Assembly: GCA_951406725.2 (NCBI GenBank) | Contig: OX597838.1 | Location: 34,162,001 to 34,226,000 of the forward strand | Reading direction: 5' to 3' | Length of the DNA: 64,000 nucleotides | Source: Octopus vulgaris | Taxonomy: Eukaryota | Shown: positions 63,150-64,000 of the stretch, piece after piece | How the letters are laid out: each line of letters begins with the position of its first letter | Position numbering within the stretch: the stretch's first letter is position 1 | The notes under the pieces: model-generated | Told to the model about the DNA's origin: nothing | Seen by the model: the letters and a program-made list of their open reading frames with translations, nothing else | Database searches by the model: none | Made by a program: the position numbers and the translations under genes

Positions 63150-63999
63150 TGCGAGCTGGCAGAAACGTTAGCGCGCCGGGCGAAATGCTTTGCGGTTTTT
63201 CGTCTGTCGTTACGTTCTGGGTTCAAATTCCGCCAAGGTCGACTTTACCTTTCATCCTTTCGGGGTCGATAAATAAAGTACCAGTTTCGCACTGGGGTCA
63301 ATGTAATCGACTTACTCCCTTTGTTTGTCCCCTCTATGTTTAGCCCCTTGTGGGTAGTAAAGAAATATATATATATATCACCATCTGAATGTGGCCGATG
63401 CCAGCGCCACCTAGACTGGCTTCCGTGCCAGTGGCATGTAAAAAGCGCTATCTGAATTGTGGCTGATGCCAGTGCTGCCTCGACTGGCTTCTGTGCCGGT
63501 GGCACGTAAAATGCACCAATCTGATTGTGGCCGTTGCCAGCCTCACCTCACACCTGTGCAGGTGGCACGTAAAAAGCACCCACTACACTCACGGAGTGGT
63601 TGGCATTAGGAAGGGCATCCAGCTGTAGAAACACTGCTAGATCAGACTGGAGCCTGGTGCAGCCTTCTGGCTTCCCAGATCCCCGGTCGAACCGTCCAAC
63701 CCATGCTAGCATGGAGAACGGACGTCAAACGATGATGATGATGATGACAGTGACCGACCAGGCTATCAGATATTGCTACACATCGCTGGTCACAATGCAC
63801 TTCGCATTGTTTTAGCCTTCAAATGACGCCACCCCGCTGGCTAAGCGAGCAGGCCAACAGAAGAAAGAGAGAAAGTCGTGGAGAAAGAGTACAGCAGGGA
63901 TCCCCACCCCCTCTGCCGAAGGCTCGCGGAGCTTTTAGGTGTCTTCACTCAATAAATACTGACAACGACCGGTCTGGGAATTGAAACCGCAAGTCCACT
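63150..63999. mobile_element. Cluster: SINE B (+, 63150-63365), RTE-1 tail (+, 63380-63746), SINE D variant 1 (-, 63747-63999)
   Basis: Homology to family copies. Confidence 0.85.
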
Positions 64000-64000
64000 G

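Overview
Eukaryotic, repeat-rich genomic DNA with no prokaryotic features. The SINE/LINE families look like those I recall from octopus genomes, which I cannot verify here. Two host genes are supported. The first is an intron-containing replacement histone H3.3 gene (minus strand, exons 42695-42414 and 41791-41663). The second is a convergent UQCC4/CCSMST1 (C16orf91)-like complex III assembly factor: main exon 40055-40445, with a probable presequence-coding first exon 27.6 kb upstream at 12406-12479. Most of the remainder is transposon-derived: RTE-clade LINEs (one with an uninterrupted RT that carries an internal C4HC3 PHD-like finger), several tRNA-derived SINE families, a Helitron-type element, Merlin/hAT/piggyBac/mariner MITEs, hATm and mariner transposase remnants, and microsatellites. 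Less obvious signals include type-I hammerhead-ribozyme-like motifs, tandem pseudoknot-like modules in the RTE 3' UTR, a ~400-bp head-to-head LINE-tail palindrome and a seven-CCAAT array upstream of H3.3. Most ORFs in the supplied track are microsatellite or repeat artefacts. I found no complete new multi-gene system. The best leads are the PHD-in-RT LINE, the structured RNA motifs and the split UQCC4 gene.
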